Source: an uncultured Elusimicrobium sp.
GTDB lineage: Bacteria; Elusimicrobiota; Elusimicrobia; Elusimicrobiales; Elusimicrobiaceae
DNA length: 64,000 bases
Assembly: GCA_902766765.1 (NCBI GenBank)
Contig: CACXER010000017.1
Coordinates: 3 to 64,002 of the forward strand
Direction of reading: 5' to 3'
Shown: positions 47,901 through 55,824 of the stretch, piece after piece
Layout: the number at the start of each line of letters is the position of its first letter
Position numbering within the stretch: the stretch's first letter is position 1
The notes under the pieces: generated by a model
The model's database searches: none
The model's input: the letters and a program-made list of their open reading frames with translations, nothing else
Told to the model about the DNA's origin: nothing
Position numbers and translations under genes: made by a program

Positions 47901-48402
47901 GGCCATGGGCTACAATGGCGGCAGAAACGGTATAGATGTCGTCGGCGGTATCCGCTGGGCTTTCGGTAAAGGCGATCAAACTGCTGCGACGGTTGTTAAG
48001 AAGGATAATGGTGTCGCAACTGCTACCGTGCGCGAAAATATTCAAGAATCTCACGCCGAAGAACCGGTTGTGACTGTAGTGGCTGTAGATGAAACTGATA
48101 AGAAACAACAAGAAGAAGATGTCCAAGTGAAAGAAACCGTTGCCAATGTACGGGAAATCGCTAAGAAACAGCAAGATGCCAAAGAACCCGTTGTAAAAGA
48201 GGACATCCACGAGGACCGGCAGGATACTAAGGTCGAAAAGCCGGTTGAAAAGCCCCAAGACCTCAATAAAGAACAGCAAATCGTTCGGATGGAAGAACCT
48301 ACTACGGAAACGCAAAGTAATAATGGCTTGACGATGTTACTGATTGCGTGTGGAATCGTTTTATTCTTCCTCCTGCTCATACAACAAAGAAAGGGAAAGT
48401 AA
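41923..48402 (+). CDS. Large autotransporter adhesin with Pmp-like GGAI/FxxN repeats, beta-barrel and C-terminal membrane-anchored extension
   Basis: Signal peptide; many GGA(I/L/V)YN and FxxN motifs; T/N/G-rich beta-helix passenger; aromatic-rich barrel ending GIRWAF at aa 2014; then a 145-aa charged tail ending in a TM helix and QQRKGK. Confidence 0.85.
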   Translation: MKRDFQKNIKKIKKIIVVITILQFSCLSGVNSLWGAEYASLLDAIKATDTPRTYTLDANETSSTVLGDIGGTNSVLTIDGGTGHYGIHNTSTANEVRIFVDNPQTLNLQNLGTYTTTTSSSIVDGMDIITSVAVGNSVDNFGKTTDRAGFIRSAGTTSVTDSVFFNNRGQYGVLQNREEGTMSITGSVFVANNSPQGTVHNDSTNKITQILNSIFYNNIATAPASGSVEVKNRGGSAIYNKITTTIDLISGTQFVGNSTISTAANQQTGTIYNGGTIGTILNSIFYNNSNQSGSVLHNISDSTVNTISGSTFVQNTTDTSGAAIINASGSSIGAITDSLFTANTATGNGGAIYNEGTITDFAGTYTANSATGNGGALYNNGVITNAISATFGGDNAADGNVADLGGAIYNAAGQTVSIDSASIFKNNTATTNGGAIYNAGTIADLAGTYAANGATTDGGAIHNVGTITDFTGTYTANIALGNGGALYNNGTITNAINATFGGDNAADGNSADFGGAIYNAVGQTVSIDAASIFKNNSATTAGGAIYNAGTIADLAGTYASNDATGDGGAISNVGTITTFAGTYSANSAAGNGGALYNNGTITNAISATFGGDNAADGNIADYGGAIYNAAGQTVSIDSASIFKNNGATTDGGAIYNAGTITDLAGTYTSNSAAGNGGAINNVGTITALAGTYTSNNAANGGAVYNTGTISNLSGTYTSNSATTAGGAIYNTGTVTITSSNGADTVFSGNQANSVSNALYNSGTVNMNAGANSSITFDDKITGSNGTIVLGGAGIVEFNDTVTGNSVALNSGTLKLGATNSIEDVTNFTASGGLLDLRNSATGNYQLGQSTTINGTVDLAIDVNLAGATPVADVISAKNAGAVSGTGSFVFSSANINLLNDADTQIPLWVQVTDEYLRNNAGLGSNANITITGTESYLVTYETSHESVNAGFLKFEYSTLANAIASTVTEKAYTLGNNAALASTPALGGTSLTVNGNTAGYSVTGDTGAGIAVGSGQTLSLNDIGVDSSGNVTGAGLNNFSTALTNAAGGTINLYNTKLSGNTTDIDNDGIVNMSGTVILDNAQGTGTVNITKDTGGNASSVTVNNSLEQNNITVASENTLTNNNATITANTNLTNAGTITGTGTSSLVINGNSSNSGTITQGTLATAASTTLTNTGTVTVNSALNNNGSIIGDAGTLNINATTSNAGTISQGTLATAASTTLTNTGDITVKTTLTNNGTLDNSNTLTLAGTGMTNAGTISNTAGTTNITGTLTNSGTISQKEVNVSAGGALTSNASAVTATDGITNNGTLNLTGGNITSQILSGGTTNITGTVTNTANYSIANAVDVKNGAKLTTQAGALANTTNNDGTLELTGGILTTNISGSGSLAVTNSIQNSATIAQNSVTVDNGQTLTNNGGATITTTDTTPGAGFQNNGTVVNNGSITVAGGGNTGSITGSGNFTNSGDFTNSNIINQNTITNTGTITTNSENLVATSGIANNGTLVYNTGSQTVSDITGDGSAGSHVELRVNAPFTIDNTISNTYVDLYNSTLRFGSNGDISGATAFNVNGGGMDLIDGNITSTNLGTVNLNAQSNLGIDLDLSTLTSDTFTAVVNNSGGIFNVSQVNVFGTTTQDNINIHLGDMTQLGQANVTSETFELPSIMTPIRRINGRIANGWLTYSGGSGTDVSDFNPAVLATPVIAQAGMQTIMANTFQRAYEHADWYTKFPADERFSLANENSTTDYVAKRGNYDKLSLSGQDKDKLAIWLTSYATFEDVPLRQGPKADVNSYGSLVGIDSHFQDWGRDWYGVTTGYIGYNGAKTDYPEVNSSMDGGLFGLTQTFYKDNFWTGVTANVGASFVDTRTMYGRENSTLFATGLGSQTGYNIELGNGNFILQPIWLMNYSMIKTFDYTNAAGVKIAPKPLHTVQLNPTLRLIGNVKGWQPYASVGMVWNLMNKTSVTANSIELPEMSIKPYMRYDVGVQKAFSDRFTGFIQAMGYNGGRNGIDVVGGIRWAFGKGDQTAATVVKKDNGVATATVRENIQESHAEEPVVTVVAVDETDKKQQEEDVQVKETVANVREIAKKQQDAKEPVVKEDIHEDRQDTKVEKPVEKPQDLNKEQQIVRMEEPTTETQSNNGLTMLLIACGIVLFFLLLIQQRKGK
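43015..43995 (+). repeat. Three tandem 327-bp (109-aa) repeats in the autotransporter passenger
   Basis: The FGGDNAADGN codons recur at 43093, 43420 and 43747 (exact 327-nt period). Confidence 0.9.
45391..45600 (+). repeat. 150-bp-period internal duplication in the autotransporter passenger
   Basis: GTI(T/S)QGTLATAASTTLTNTG begins at 45391 and again at 45541. Confidence 0.75.
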
Positions 48403-48437
48403 AATAACCGCAACGAATAAACGATTACAGTATAAAT

Positions 48438-48488
48438 TTGGGCACTATACGTATTAGCATATAGAACCGGATACGTTATAGTGCCCAA
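48438..48488. other. Long imperfect inverted repeat (hairpin) downstream of the autotransporter
   Basis: ttgggcactata-cgtat ... atacg-t-tatagtgcccaa: 17 bp with one bulged base and a 16-nt loop. Confidence 0.7.
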
Positions 48489-48564
48489 TGTATTTGGCGT
48501 TGTCAGTTGGATTTGGATATAATATATATAAGTTTTATAGGCCTATTAACGAGGTGCCAACATC

Positions 48565-49689
48565 ATGAAAATAAATAAAAATATAGTTCTGTTATTTACC
48601 TTTTTGACTTTTTTGCTAGTTGCTTGTTCCGATAAGGCAAATATCGCTGCGATCGTAAACGGGACAAAAATAACCAAGAAAACATACGAAGCCACTTTAG
48701 GTAACTTGATATTACAACAAAAACAAAATAATCCTAACTTCGTTGACAACGAGCAGACCCGTTTGTTACTGGGGAAAATGGCCTTAGAACAACTCATTAC
48801 AAACGAAGTGTTATTCCAAGAGTCTCAAAAGGCAAAGATCACAGTGAACGAGGAGGCAGTAGACCAAAATATAAATAATCTTAAACAAATCCTTGCCGTC
48901 GATGAAAACGGAAAGGTCCTTACAGATAAAAAACAAATAAAGGATAAATTTAATAAAAAATTGAAAACGGACGGAGTAACGTTAAAACAATTAAGAAAAA
49001 ACATACGCAAAGAGTTAAGTGTAAAACTTTTCTTAAAAGATTTGTCAGATAAACAGAAAATAGAATTAAGTGAAGACATCTTAGAGAAATTTTATGACGG
49101 GACAATGGCAGTCGCACGTAAGAATCAAAATAAAATCAAGTCTTTATCAACAGAAGATTTGGCATTAATCACCCCTTTTGCCTCGGAAGTGAAAAAAATT
49201 ACGGCTGAACGTGTTTCTATTTCAACTATATTTTTAGCAACCCCTGAAACAATGGATAGCACAGAGATTGCGAATAAAAAAGAGTTAGCCAATAAAATTG
49301 TACAGGAATTAAGAAATCGTAAGATCGTTTTTATACAAGCCATACAAATGTATTCCGACGATAAAAGTGCCTTACAAACAAACGGGGAGCAACTGATAAT
49401 CCGCGGAACATTGCCAAGAGATTTAGATAAAAAAATATTTGAAGCGCGTTTAGGCAGAGTGATTGGCCCCATTACTAAGCCGGAAGGGATCTATATCCTA
49501 CGCGTGAATGAAAAACGAGCCGCCACGCCTTTAACCTACGGGCAACTCCGTTCTGATATAATTAACTATCTCATATCGGTAGCGTTACAACAAAAAGTGC
49601 AACAACAAGTAAAAGAGTTGGTGCAAAAATCTAACGTAAAAATCCTTTTACCGGAATACAAGGTAAACGCCCCGGCGGCCTCAAATTAG
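48565..49689 (+). CDS. SurA/PrsA-like foldase lipoprotein (SurA N-terminal plus parvulin-like domain)
   Basis: Lipobox LVAC, AAIVNGTKIT, LEQLI..E.L.QE, YSDDKS...NG and GPI...EGIYILRV. Confidence 0.8.
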   Translation: MKINKNIVLLFTFLTFLLVACSDKANIAAIVNGTKITKKTYEATLGNLILQQKQNNPNFVDNEQTRLLLGKMALEQLITNEVLFQESQKAKITVNEEAVDQNINNLKQILAVDENGKVLTDKKQIKDKFNKKLKTDGVTLKQLRKNIRKELSVKLFLKDLSDKQKIELSEDILEKFYDGTMAVARKNQNKIKSLSTEDLALITPFASEVKKITAERVSISTIFLATPETMDSTEIANKKELANKIVQELRNRKIVFIQAIQMYSDDKSALQTNGEQLIIRGTLPRDLDKKIFEARLGRVIGPITKPEGIYILRVNEKRAATPLTYGQLRSDIINYLISVALQQKVQQQVKELVQKSNVKILLPEYKVNAPAASN

Positions 49690-49955
49690 AATCTTTTGTG
49701 GGGGGGAGTGGGCCTTTTTCCTCCATAGAAAGGGCTCTTTAAAAGTGCGCCAAACAGCAGGCTCGTATGGCCAAACGCTGTGTTCACAGGCTGTTATTCT
49801 TATACAAAAAGTAATGAAAATGCTTAAATTTTAAGGATTTTTTATATTGTGGAGCTGAGTATTTGGGCAGAAAAGTGCCTTGCAAAACGCGGGATATTAG
49901 AAAGTGTTATAATTAATTACAAGTATTATACAATAACATCAAAAAGGATCCTACA

Positions 49956-50378
49956 ATGAATAACGAATTTTACTCATGGGGTGATGGAGATCTTTTTTTG
50001 GGAAAATTTCCACCAGAATTTGGACTCTATGTTTTGGGAGCTTATGTACTTGTGGTATTCGTAATTTTTGTATTTATGGATATCTTTTCCAAAAAAAGAC
50101 GAAGGCAATTTTTTCATCGTTATTTTAGTCTTGTGCTCTGCGGCTTTTGGGGATTCTTATATCCAGTTATTCATGGAGAATTGCCATTTTGGTGCGTAGG
50201 ATTATTATGTGCGGCCATAATATGGTTGGCCCGTTATTTATGGGTAGTTGATGAGCGTAGGCACAAAAAAAATGAAGAATTAATGGTCAGCCCGAATTGG
50301 AAGATATGTTCCCGTTTTTGGATCGGAAAGAATTTGAAGGGAACAAATGGTAACGCTCTTTATAATTTGCTACAATAG
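49956..50378 (+). CDS. Hypothetical membrane protein
   Basis: Three hydrophobic segments; AAGGA RBS; AT-rich. Confidence 0.5.
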   Translation: MNNEFYSWGDGDLFLGKFPPEFGLYVLGAYVLVVFVIFVFMDIFSKKRRRQFFHRYFSLVLCGFWGFLYPVIHGELPFWCVGLLCAAIIWLARYLWVVDERRHKKNEELMVSPNWKICSRFWIGKNLKGTNGNALYNLLQ

Positions 50379-50421
50379 GAAATAAGAATGGCCGTAGGCA
50401 AAAAGGATCTAAGAGAATAAA

Positions 50422-51141
50422 ATGACGATTTATGTTTTTGATATGGATGGCACATTAACCCCTCCGAGGTTACCGATGACGGCGCCTTTCGCGGCGGAGT
50501 TTGTACCGTGGCAGAAATTCCACCGTTGTTTTATTGCCACCGGGTCGGATTATCCTAAAGTGACTGAACAGCTTCCTGCGGAGGTAATAAATGCTTTTAC
50601 GGGGATCTATTGCTCTATGGGTAACCTGTTAAAAGCCCAAAATCAAATTATCTATGAAAACACTTTTGAACCTGAACCAGCACTCCTCGAAAAATTGGAA
50701 TTTTATCGCACTCATACCCAATATCCGGGGCCGCTCTTCCCTAACTACATCGAGAAGCGCACCGGCATGGTTAATTTCTCTGTTTTGGGCCGCAACTGTC
50801 CCTACGCCGAGCGGGAAAAATACGCCGCTTGGGATAAAACAGTCCATGAGCGTTTAACTCTGAAAGAGGAACTTTCCCATTTATTTCCTCAATATGATAT
50901 AGTAGTAGGTGGGTCTATATCGATGGATATTACCCCTAAAGGGCGCGGCAAAGAGCAAATTGCCCATCATTTACGTCAAACGTATCCACAAGATAAAATT
51001 ATCTTCTTCGGCGATAGAACGTATCCTGGGGGGAACGATTATGAATTAGCTTGTGCATTGCGTAATTTACCTAATACGCAGATTATCCAAGTAAACGGTC
51101 CGCAAGACGTATTAAACTTTTTGCAACAAGGAGAAAATTAA
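50422..51141 (+). CDS. Eukaryote-type (HAD IIB) phosphomannomutase
   Basis: FDMDGTLTPPR, TGSD..K..EQL, IEKRTGMVNFSVLGR, GGSISMDI.P.G..K and FFGDRT.PGGNDYE, i.e. the PMM2/Sec53 motif set. Confidence 0.85.
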   Translation: MTIYVFDMDGTLTPPRLPMTAPFAAEFVPWQKFHRCFIATGSDYPKVTEQLPAEVINAFTGIYCSMGNLLKAQNQIIYENTFEPEPALLEKLEFYRTHTQYPGPLFPNYIEKRTGMVNFSVLGRNCPYAEREKYAAWDKTVHERLTLKEELSHLFPQYDIVVGGSISMDITPKGRGKEQIAHHLRQTYPQDKIIFFGDRTYPGGNDYELACALRNLPNTQIIQVNGPQDVLNFLQQGEN

Positions 51142-51576
51142 ATGGCTACGTATTACATTGTTTCCGGCGGATTTGACCCTATTCACGAGGGGCACATCGC
51201 TATGATTAAAGCGGCCAAAGCCAAAAGCGATGGCGTCATTTTGCTGCTTAATTCCGATGAATGGCTGATTCGTAAAAAAGGCAAAAATTTTATGAGCTTT
51301 GATTCTCGCCGCATTATTTGTGAAAACATCAAAGGTGTTACCTGCGTTCTTGGGTTTAACGATGCCGATAACAGTGCTTGCGACGGTATTGCCAAAGCCC
51401 GTGTGATGTTTCCCAATGACAGATTGGTGTTTGCCAACGGAGGAGACCGCACGAAAGAGAATATCCCTGAATTGGCCGCGTGCGAACGCTGCCATGTGGA
51501 TGTGGAATTTGGCGTAGGTGGAGAAAATAAAGCCAATTCTTCGTCTTGGATTTTGAACCGCTGGGAAGGAAAATAG
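51142..51576 (+). CDS. HxGH-motif nucleotidyltransferase (TagD/RfaE-domain-II-like)
   Basis: SGGFDPIHEGH, LNSDEWL.RKKG, FANGGDR and K.NSSSWIL. Confidence 0.85.
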   Translation: MATYYIVSGGFDPIHEGHIAMIKAAKAKSDGVILLLNSDEWLIRKKGKNFMSFDSRRIICENIKGVTCVLGFNDADNSACDGIAKARVMFPNDRLVFANGGDRTKENIPELAACERCHVDVEFGVGGENKANSSSWILNRWEGK

Positions 51577-51579
51577 ACT

Positions 51580-51978
51580 ATGGCCAATGCGTATTCTACC
51601 GGAGAGAAAGAAACCCGCGGTTGGGGTGATTTTGAAGTGCTCCATACCGGGAATACGCACACATGTAAGGTGCTGTGCGTCAAACCGCATTGCTGTTTAT
51701 CTTTACAGGCGCACCAATACCGAGCAGAGCATTGGATTGTCGTGAGGGGAACAGCCACCGTGCAACTTGATGAAGAAGTGTTCGAAGTCCCCGTACATAA
51801 ACATATTTTTATCAATAAAAAACAAATCCATTGCTTGGCCAATAACACTGAAAAAGATTTAGTACTGATAGAAGTACAAACTGGGGATGTGTTGGATGAA
51901 ACCGATATTACCCGTTATACACAGACCAAAAATTTAATTCGCAAAACACGCGAAAAATGTTTACAGGGAGTGAAGTAA
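51580..51978 (+). CDS. Stand-alone cupin resembling the type II phosphomannose isomerase C-terminal domain
   Basis: RGWG.F, LSLQAHQYRAEHWIVVRG.A, H.LAN and IEVQTG..LDE.DI.R. Confidence 0.85.
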   Translation: MANAYSTGEKETRGWGDFEVLHTGNTHTCKVLCVKPHCCLSLQAHQYRAEHWIVVRGTATVQLDEEVFEVPVHKHIFINKKQIHCLANNTEKDLVLIEVQTGDVLDETDITRYTQTKNLIRKTREKCLQGVK

Positions 51979-52887
51979 GTGTTCAATATGCTATCAAAAG
52001 TTACTATCATTACGGTGGTGCGCAATTTGATTGATGCTGGCCGAAAAGATACATTTTTGCAAATGTTGCAAAGTGTGCGCCAGCAAGACTATTCTGCTAT
52101 TGAACATTTGGTGATAGATGGCGCGTCTACCGATGGAACCGTAGAATTACTTCAACAGGAGGGAGTGTCTTTTATTTCTGAACCGGATAATGGGATTCAT
52201 CCAGCTTCCAATAAAGGGATTGCGCGCGCCCAAGGGAAATATATTGCTTTTTTAAATTCTGATGATTTTTACGAAAGTTCTCAAGTAGTTTCTCAGGCAG
52301 TGGAAGCTTTGGAACACAGTGGGGCTGATTTTACATATGCTCCGATGTTTGTTTTAGAAAGAAATGGTTGCAGGACTCTTCGCAAACCACACTGGAAAGC
52401 TTGTTTTTGTACCTATCCGATAGCCACCCCTACGATGTTTATGTCTAAAAAAATGCTAGAGGATTTGGGTGGATTTGATGAATCATACAAAATAGCTGCT
52501 GATTATGATTTGATTATGCGGGCTTTATTGCGTGGTTACCGCCCTGTGTCAGTTTCTGAACCCGGGGTTGTTTTTCGTATGGGGGGAATTTCTGATACCG
52601 AAGGATCGCAATTACGTAAAGAAGAGATTCGTGTCATAGAAAGCAATTTTGGCCTTTCACACAAACAAGCTATACGAGCTAGAGATTTTCAGTGTATGCC
52701 GCAAGATACGCTCAAACAATTGCTTCACCGGACGCGTGATTTTCCGGCGACCAAGGAATTATTGCGCCGGAATTTGTTTTTTAATTTTAAGTTTATATTA
52801 CGTCAGTTGATTACCATACGTTTAACACCGGGGAGACGCTGCTTTCGGTTGTTGGGTATAACTTTTTATAATCAGGAGAACTTATGA
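51979..52887 (+). CDS. GT2 glycosyltransferase (WcaE/WfgS-like, deoxyhexose transferase candidate)
   Basis: [39 protein letters not shown] and FRMGGIS. Confidence 0.88.
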   Translation: MFNMLSKVTIITVVRNLIDAGRKDTFLQMLQSVRQQDYSAIEHLVIDGASTDGTVELLQQEGVSFISEPDNGIHPASNKGIARAQGKYIAFLNSDDFYESSQVVSQAVEALEHSGADFTYAPMFVLERNGCRTLRKPHWKACFCTYPIATPTMFMSKKMLEDLGGFDESYKIAADYDLIMRALLRGYRPVSVSEPGVVFRMGGISDTEGSQLRKEEIRVIESNFGLSHKQAIRARDFQCMPQDTLKQLLHRTRDFPATKELLRRNLFFNFKFILRQLITIRLTPGRRCFRLLGITFYNQENL

Positions 52888-53957
52888 AAAAAGCACTTAT
52901 TACAGGTATTACCGGACAAGACGGCTCGTATTTGGCCGAATTTCTGCTTGAAAAAGGATATGAGGTACATGGCCTAAAACGTCGGGCTTCTTCCTTTAAT
53001 ACTAGCCGTATTGAACATTTGCTAGACAATCCGCATATCAAACTTCACGACAGCGATATGAGCGATTCAACGAGTCTTATTCGTCTTCTTAAAGAAATTG
53101 AACCGGATGAAATTTACAACTTAGCCGCACAAAGTCATGTGAAAGTATCGTGGGACTGCCCGGAATTTACAGCACAGACGGACGCTATCGGTACGTTACG
53201 TTTATTAGAAGCTATCCGCATCAATAAACTGGAAAAGAAAACGAAATTTTACCAAGCTTCTACGTCGGAATTGTTTGGCTTGGTGCAAGAACCCGTCCAA
53301 TCCGAAAAAACACCCTTCTATCCGCGTTCTCCTTACGGCGTAGCTAAGCTGTATGCGTATTGGATTGTGGTTAACTACCGCGAAAGTTTTGGGATGTTTG
53401 CCTGCAATGGAATTTTGTTTAACCACGAAAGCCCGCGCCGCGGGGAAACTTTTGTTACCCGTAAGATTACTATGGCGGCTTCTCGTATTTCGCTGGGGAT
53501 GCAAGATAAGCTGTATTTGGGCAACTTAAACTCCAAACGCGATTGGGGGCATGCCAAAGATTATGTAGAAGGAATGTGGCGTATTTTACAACACGATACT
53601 GCCGAAGATTTTGTGCTTGCTACTGGGAAAACTACGTCCATCCGCGATTTCGTAACGATGACATTTAAGGAGCTGGGGATTGAGTTGGAATGGAAAGGCA
53701 CAGGCGTTGATGAAAAAGGGATTGATAAGAAAACGGGAAAGGTTTTAGTTGCCGTGGATCCGCAATTCTTCCGCCCGGCCGAAGTAGATCTTTTGCTAGG
53801 TAATCCGGCCAAAGCCCAAGCTAAATTGGGATGGAAACCGACGTATGATTTAGCGGCCCTTTGCAAAGAAATGGTTGCGTATGACCTGGATTTAGCCAAA
53901 CGGGAAAAATTGTTGAATGATAACGGTTTTAAGACGGTTACTCCGCGTAATGTGTAA
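52884..53957 (+). CDS. gmd: GDP-mannose 4,6-dehydratase
   Basis: [60 protein letters not shown] and RDWGHA.DY. Confidence 0.96.
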   Translation: MKKALITGITGQDGSYLAEFLLEKGYEVHGLKRRASSFNTSRIEHLLDNPHIKLHDSDMSDSTSLIRLLKEIEPDEIYNLAAQSHVKVSWDCPEFTAQTDAIGTLRLLEAIRINKLEKKTKFYQASTSELFGLVQEPVQSEKTPFYPRSPYGVAKLYAYWIVVNYRESFGMFACNGILFNHESPRRGETFVTRKITMAASRISLGMQDKLYLGNLNSKRDWGHAKDYVEGMWRILQHDTAEDFVLATGKTTSIRDFVTMTFKELGIELEWKGTGVDEKGIDKKTGKVLVAVDPQFFRPAEVDLLLGNPAKAQAKLGWKPTYDLAALCKEMVAYDLDLAKREKLLNDNGFKTVTPRNV

Positions 53958-53959
53958 TT

Positions 53960-55024
53960 ATGGAGAAGAATAGCAAAATCTATGTAGCTGGCCATACCGG
54001 GCTTGTGGGCTCTGCCATTTATCGTGAATTGCAACGGCAGGGCTACACGCGTTTGGTGGTTCGCACACATGCGGAACTTGATTTAACCAATCAGACGGCC
54101 GTAGATACATTTTTTGATCAAGAAAAACCGGAGTATGTCTTCTTGGCGGCAGCGCGGGTGGGGGGAATTGTAGGTAATAGCACCTATCCTGCAGAGTTTA
54201 TTTACACAAACTTAATGATTGGCACAAACATCGTTCAGGCCAGTTACAAACACGGTGTAAAAAAATTACTCAATTTGGCTTCTTCTTGTATCTATCCCAA
54301 AGAAGCTCTCCAACCGATGAAAGAGGAGTATTTGCTTGCGGGAGACTTGGAGAAAACGTCAGAAGCGTATTCTATCGCAAAAATTGCCACACTCAAGTTA
54401 TGCCATTATTACAACAAGCAGTACGGTACGCAATTTTTAACGGTTATGCCACCCAATCAATACGGCATTGGCGATAATTTTAATATGCAAACGGCGCATT
54501 TCTTGCCGATGATTATCCGCCGGTTTGAGCTATCTAAATTATTGCAACAGCAAGATTTTGAGGCCATCCGCCGCAACTTAAAAGCAGATAAGTTGGGTTG
54601 GGAAATAGATGAAAAAATTGATTTTTCCGATAACAAGTCTTTGGAAGAAGCTTGCCACCAAGTAGGCGCGTTTGCCGATCAAGTAACGGCGTGGGGCGAT
54701 GGGAGTGTATACCGAGAGCTTATGAACTCCGACGATTTAGCCGCGATTTGCGTGAATGTTATTAACCACTATACAGCTGCTCAGCTAGGCGAGTTTGTGA
54801 ATGTAGGAGCCGGGGGAGATATTCAAATGCGGGATTTGCTGGAATTGGTTAAACAAATAGTGGGTTTTGAAGGAAAAATTGCCTTTGACCCTACTAAACC
54901 AAACGGCGTAGCACGTAAATTATTGGATACCACCAAAATGCAATCGTTAGGGATTGCTCTTCCTGGTAAACTGGAAGACGGTATCCGCCGCTTTTACAGT
55001 TGGTATTTACAACGTATTCAATAG
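53960..55024 (+). CDS. fcl: GDP-4-keto-6-deoxy-sugar epimerase/reductase (GDP-fucose/colitose synthase family)
   Basis: YVAGHTGLVGSA, AARVGGI, SSCIYPK, YSIAK, H.LP, WGDG..YRE and FD.TKP.G..RKLLD. Contains an ~45-aa insertion. Confidence 0.88.
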   Translation: MEKNSKIYVAGHTGLVGSAIYRELQRQGYTRLVVRTHAELDLTNQTAVDTFFDQEKPEYVFLAAARVGGIVGNSTYPAEFIYTNLMIGTNIVQASYKHGVKKLLNLASSCIYPKEALQPMKEEYLLAGDLEKTSEAYSIAKIATLKLCHYYNKQYGTQFLTVMPPNQYGIGDNFNMQTAHFLPMIIRRFELSKLLQQQDFEAIRRNLKADKLGWEIDEKIDFSDNKSLEEACHQVGAFADQVTAWGDGSVYRELMNSDDLAAICVNVINHYTAAQLGEFVNVGAGGDIQMRDLLELVKQIVGFEGKIAFDPTKPNGVARKLLDTTKMQSLGIALPGKLEDGIRRFYSWYLQRIQ

Positions 55025-55033
55025 GAGAAAAGT

Positions 55034-55822
55034 ATGTTGCCTGTTACAGAAATCAGAAAAGAAATCTTAGATATGGGCTACCGTTCTAAGGCGTCCCATT
55101 TGGGCTCCGCATTAAGTTTGGTGGAAATCCTCTATACACTTTATTTTAAGGTGGCTAATTACAGCAAAGATAATTATCAAGAGCCCACCCGTGATAAAAT
55201 TGTACTTAGCAAAGGGCACGGCAGTGCAGCGTTGTATGCTGTATTACATAAGAAAGGGATTATCAGTGATGAAGCCATTAACCATTATTCCGTGAACGGC
55301 GGTATTTTGCCTTGCCATATTGATATGACAGCCGCTCCCGGTTTTGAAGCGTCTGCGGGTGCTCTGGGGCACGGTATTGGTATCGCAGTAGGTTTGGCAA
55401 TGGCTAAAAAAATGGATGACTTGCCGGGCCATGTGTATACTATTATCGGCGATGGAGAAGCCCAAGAAGGTTCTGTTTGGGAAGCGGCAGAATTAGCTTC
55501 CACGCGCCATTTGGACAATTTTACCGTCATTGTGGATTTTAATGAAATTCAGGCCTCCGGCTTTAGCAACAAAATCATTGATCAACGCAACTTGTCGGAA
55601 CGCTTCAAATCTTTCGGATTTACGGTTTATGATGTAGACGGACATAATATAGAAGAGTTGGAAAAAGTTCTCAAAATTCCATCCGATAAACCCAAAGCTA
55701 TTGTTGCCCACACAATTAAGGGAAAGGGCGTCAAGTTTATGGAGGGAACAGTCCACTCTCACTACGTGCGTTTAAACGATGAATTGTATGCCCAAGCATT
55801 AGCTGAATTGGAGGATAAATAA
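55034..55822 (+). CDS. Split transketolase, N-terminal ThDP-binding subunit
   Basis: HLGSALS, RD..VLSKGH, GALGHGI..AVG.A, GDGE.QEGSVWEA, VDGHN and AHTIKGKG. Confidence 0.9.
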   Translation: MLPVTEIRKEILDMGYRSKASHLGSALSLVEILYTLYFKVANYSKDNYQEPTRDKIVLSKGHGSAALYAVLHKKGIISDEAINHYSVNGGILPCHIDMTAAPGFEASAGALGHGIGIAVGLAMAKKMDDLPGHVYTIIGDGEAQEGSVWEAAELASTRHLDNFTVIVDFNEIQASGFSNKIIDQRNLSERFKSFGFTVYDVDGHNIEELEKVLKIPSDKPKAIVAHTIKGKGVKFMEGTVHSHYVRLNDELYAQALAELEDK

Positions 55823-55824
55823 TT

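Noticed and set aside
48403-48520. Integron attC site
   Set aside because: The bulged hairpin is suggestive, but clear RYYYAAC/GTTRRRY boxes, further copies and an integrase are not evident. It is kept only as an unexplained hairpin.
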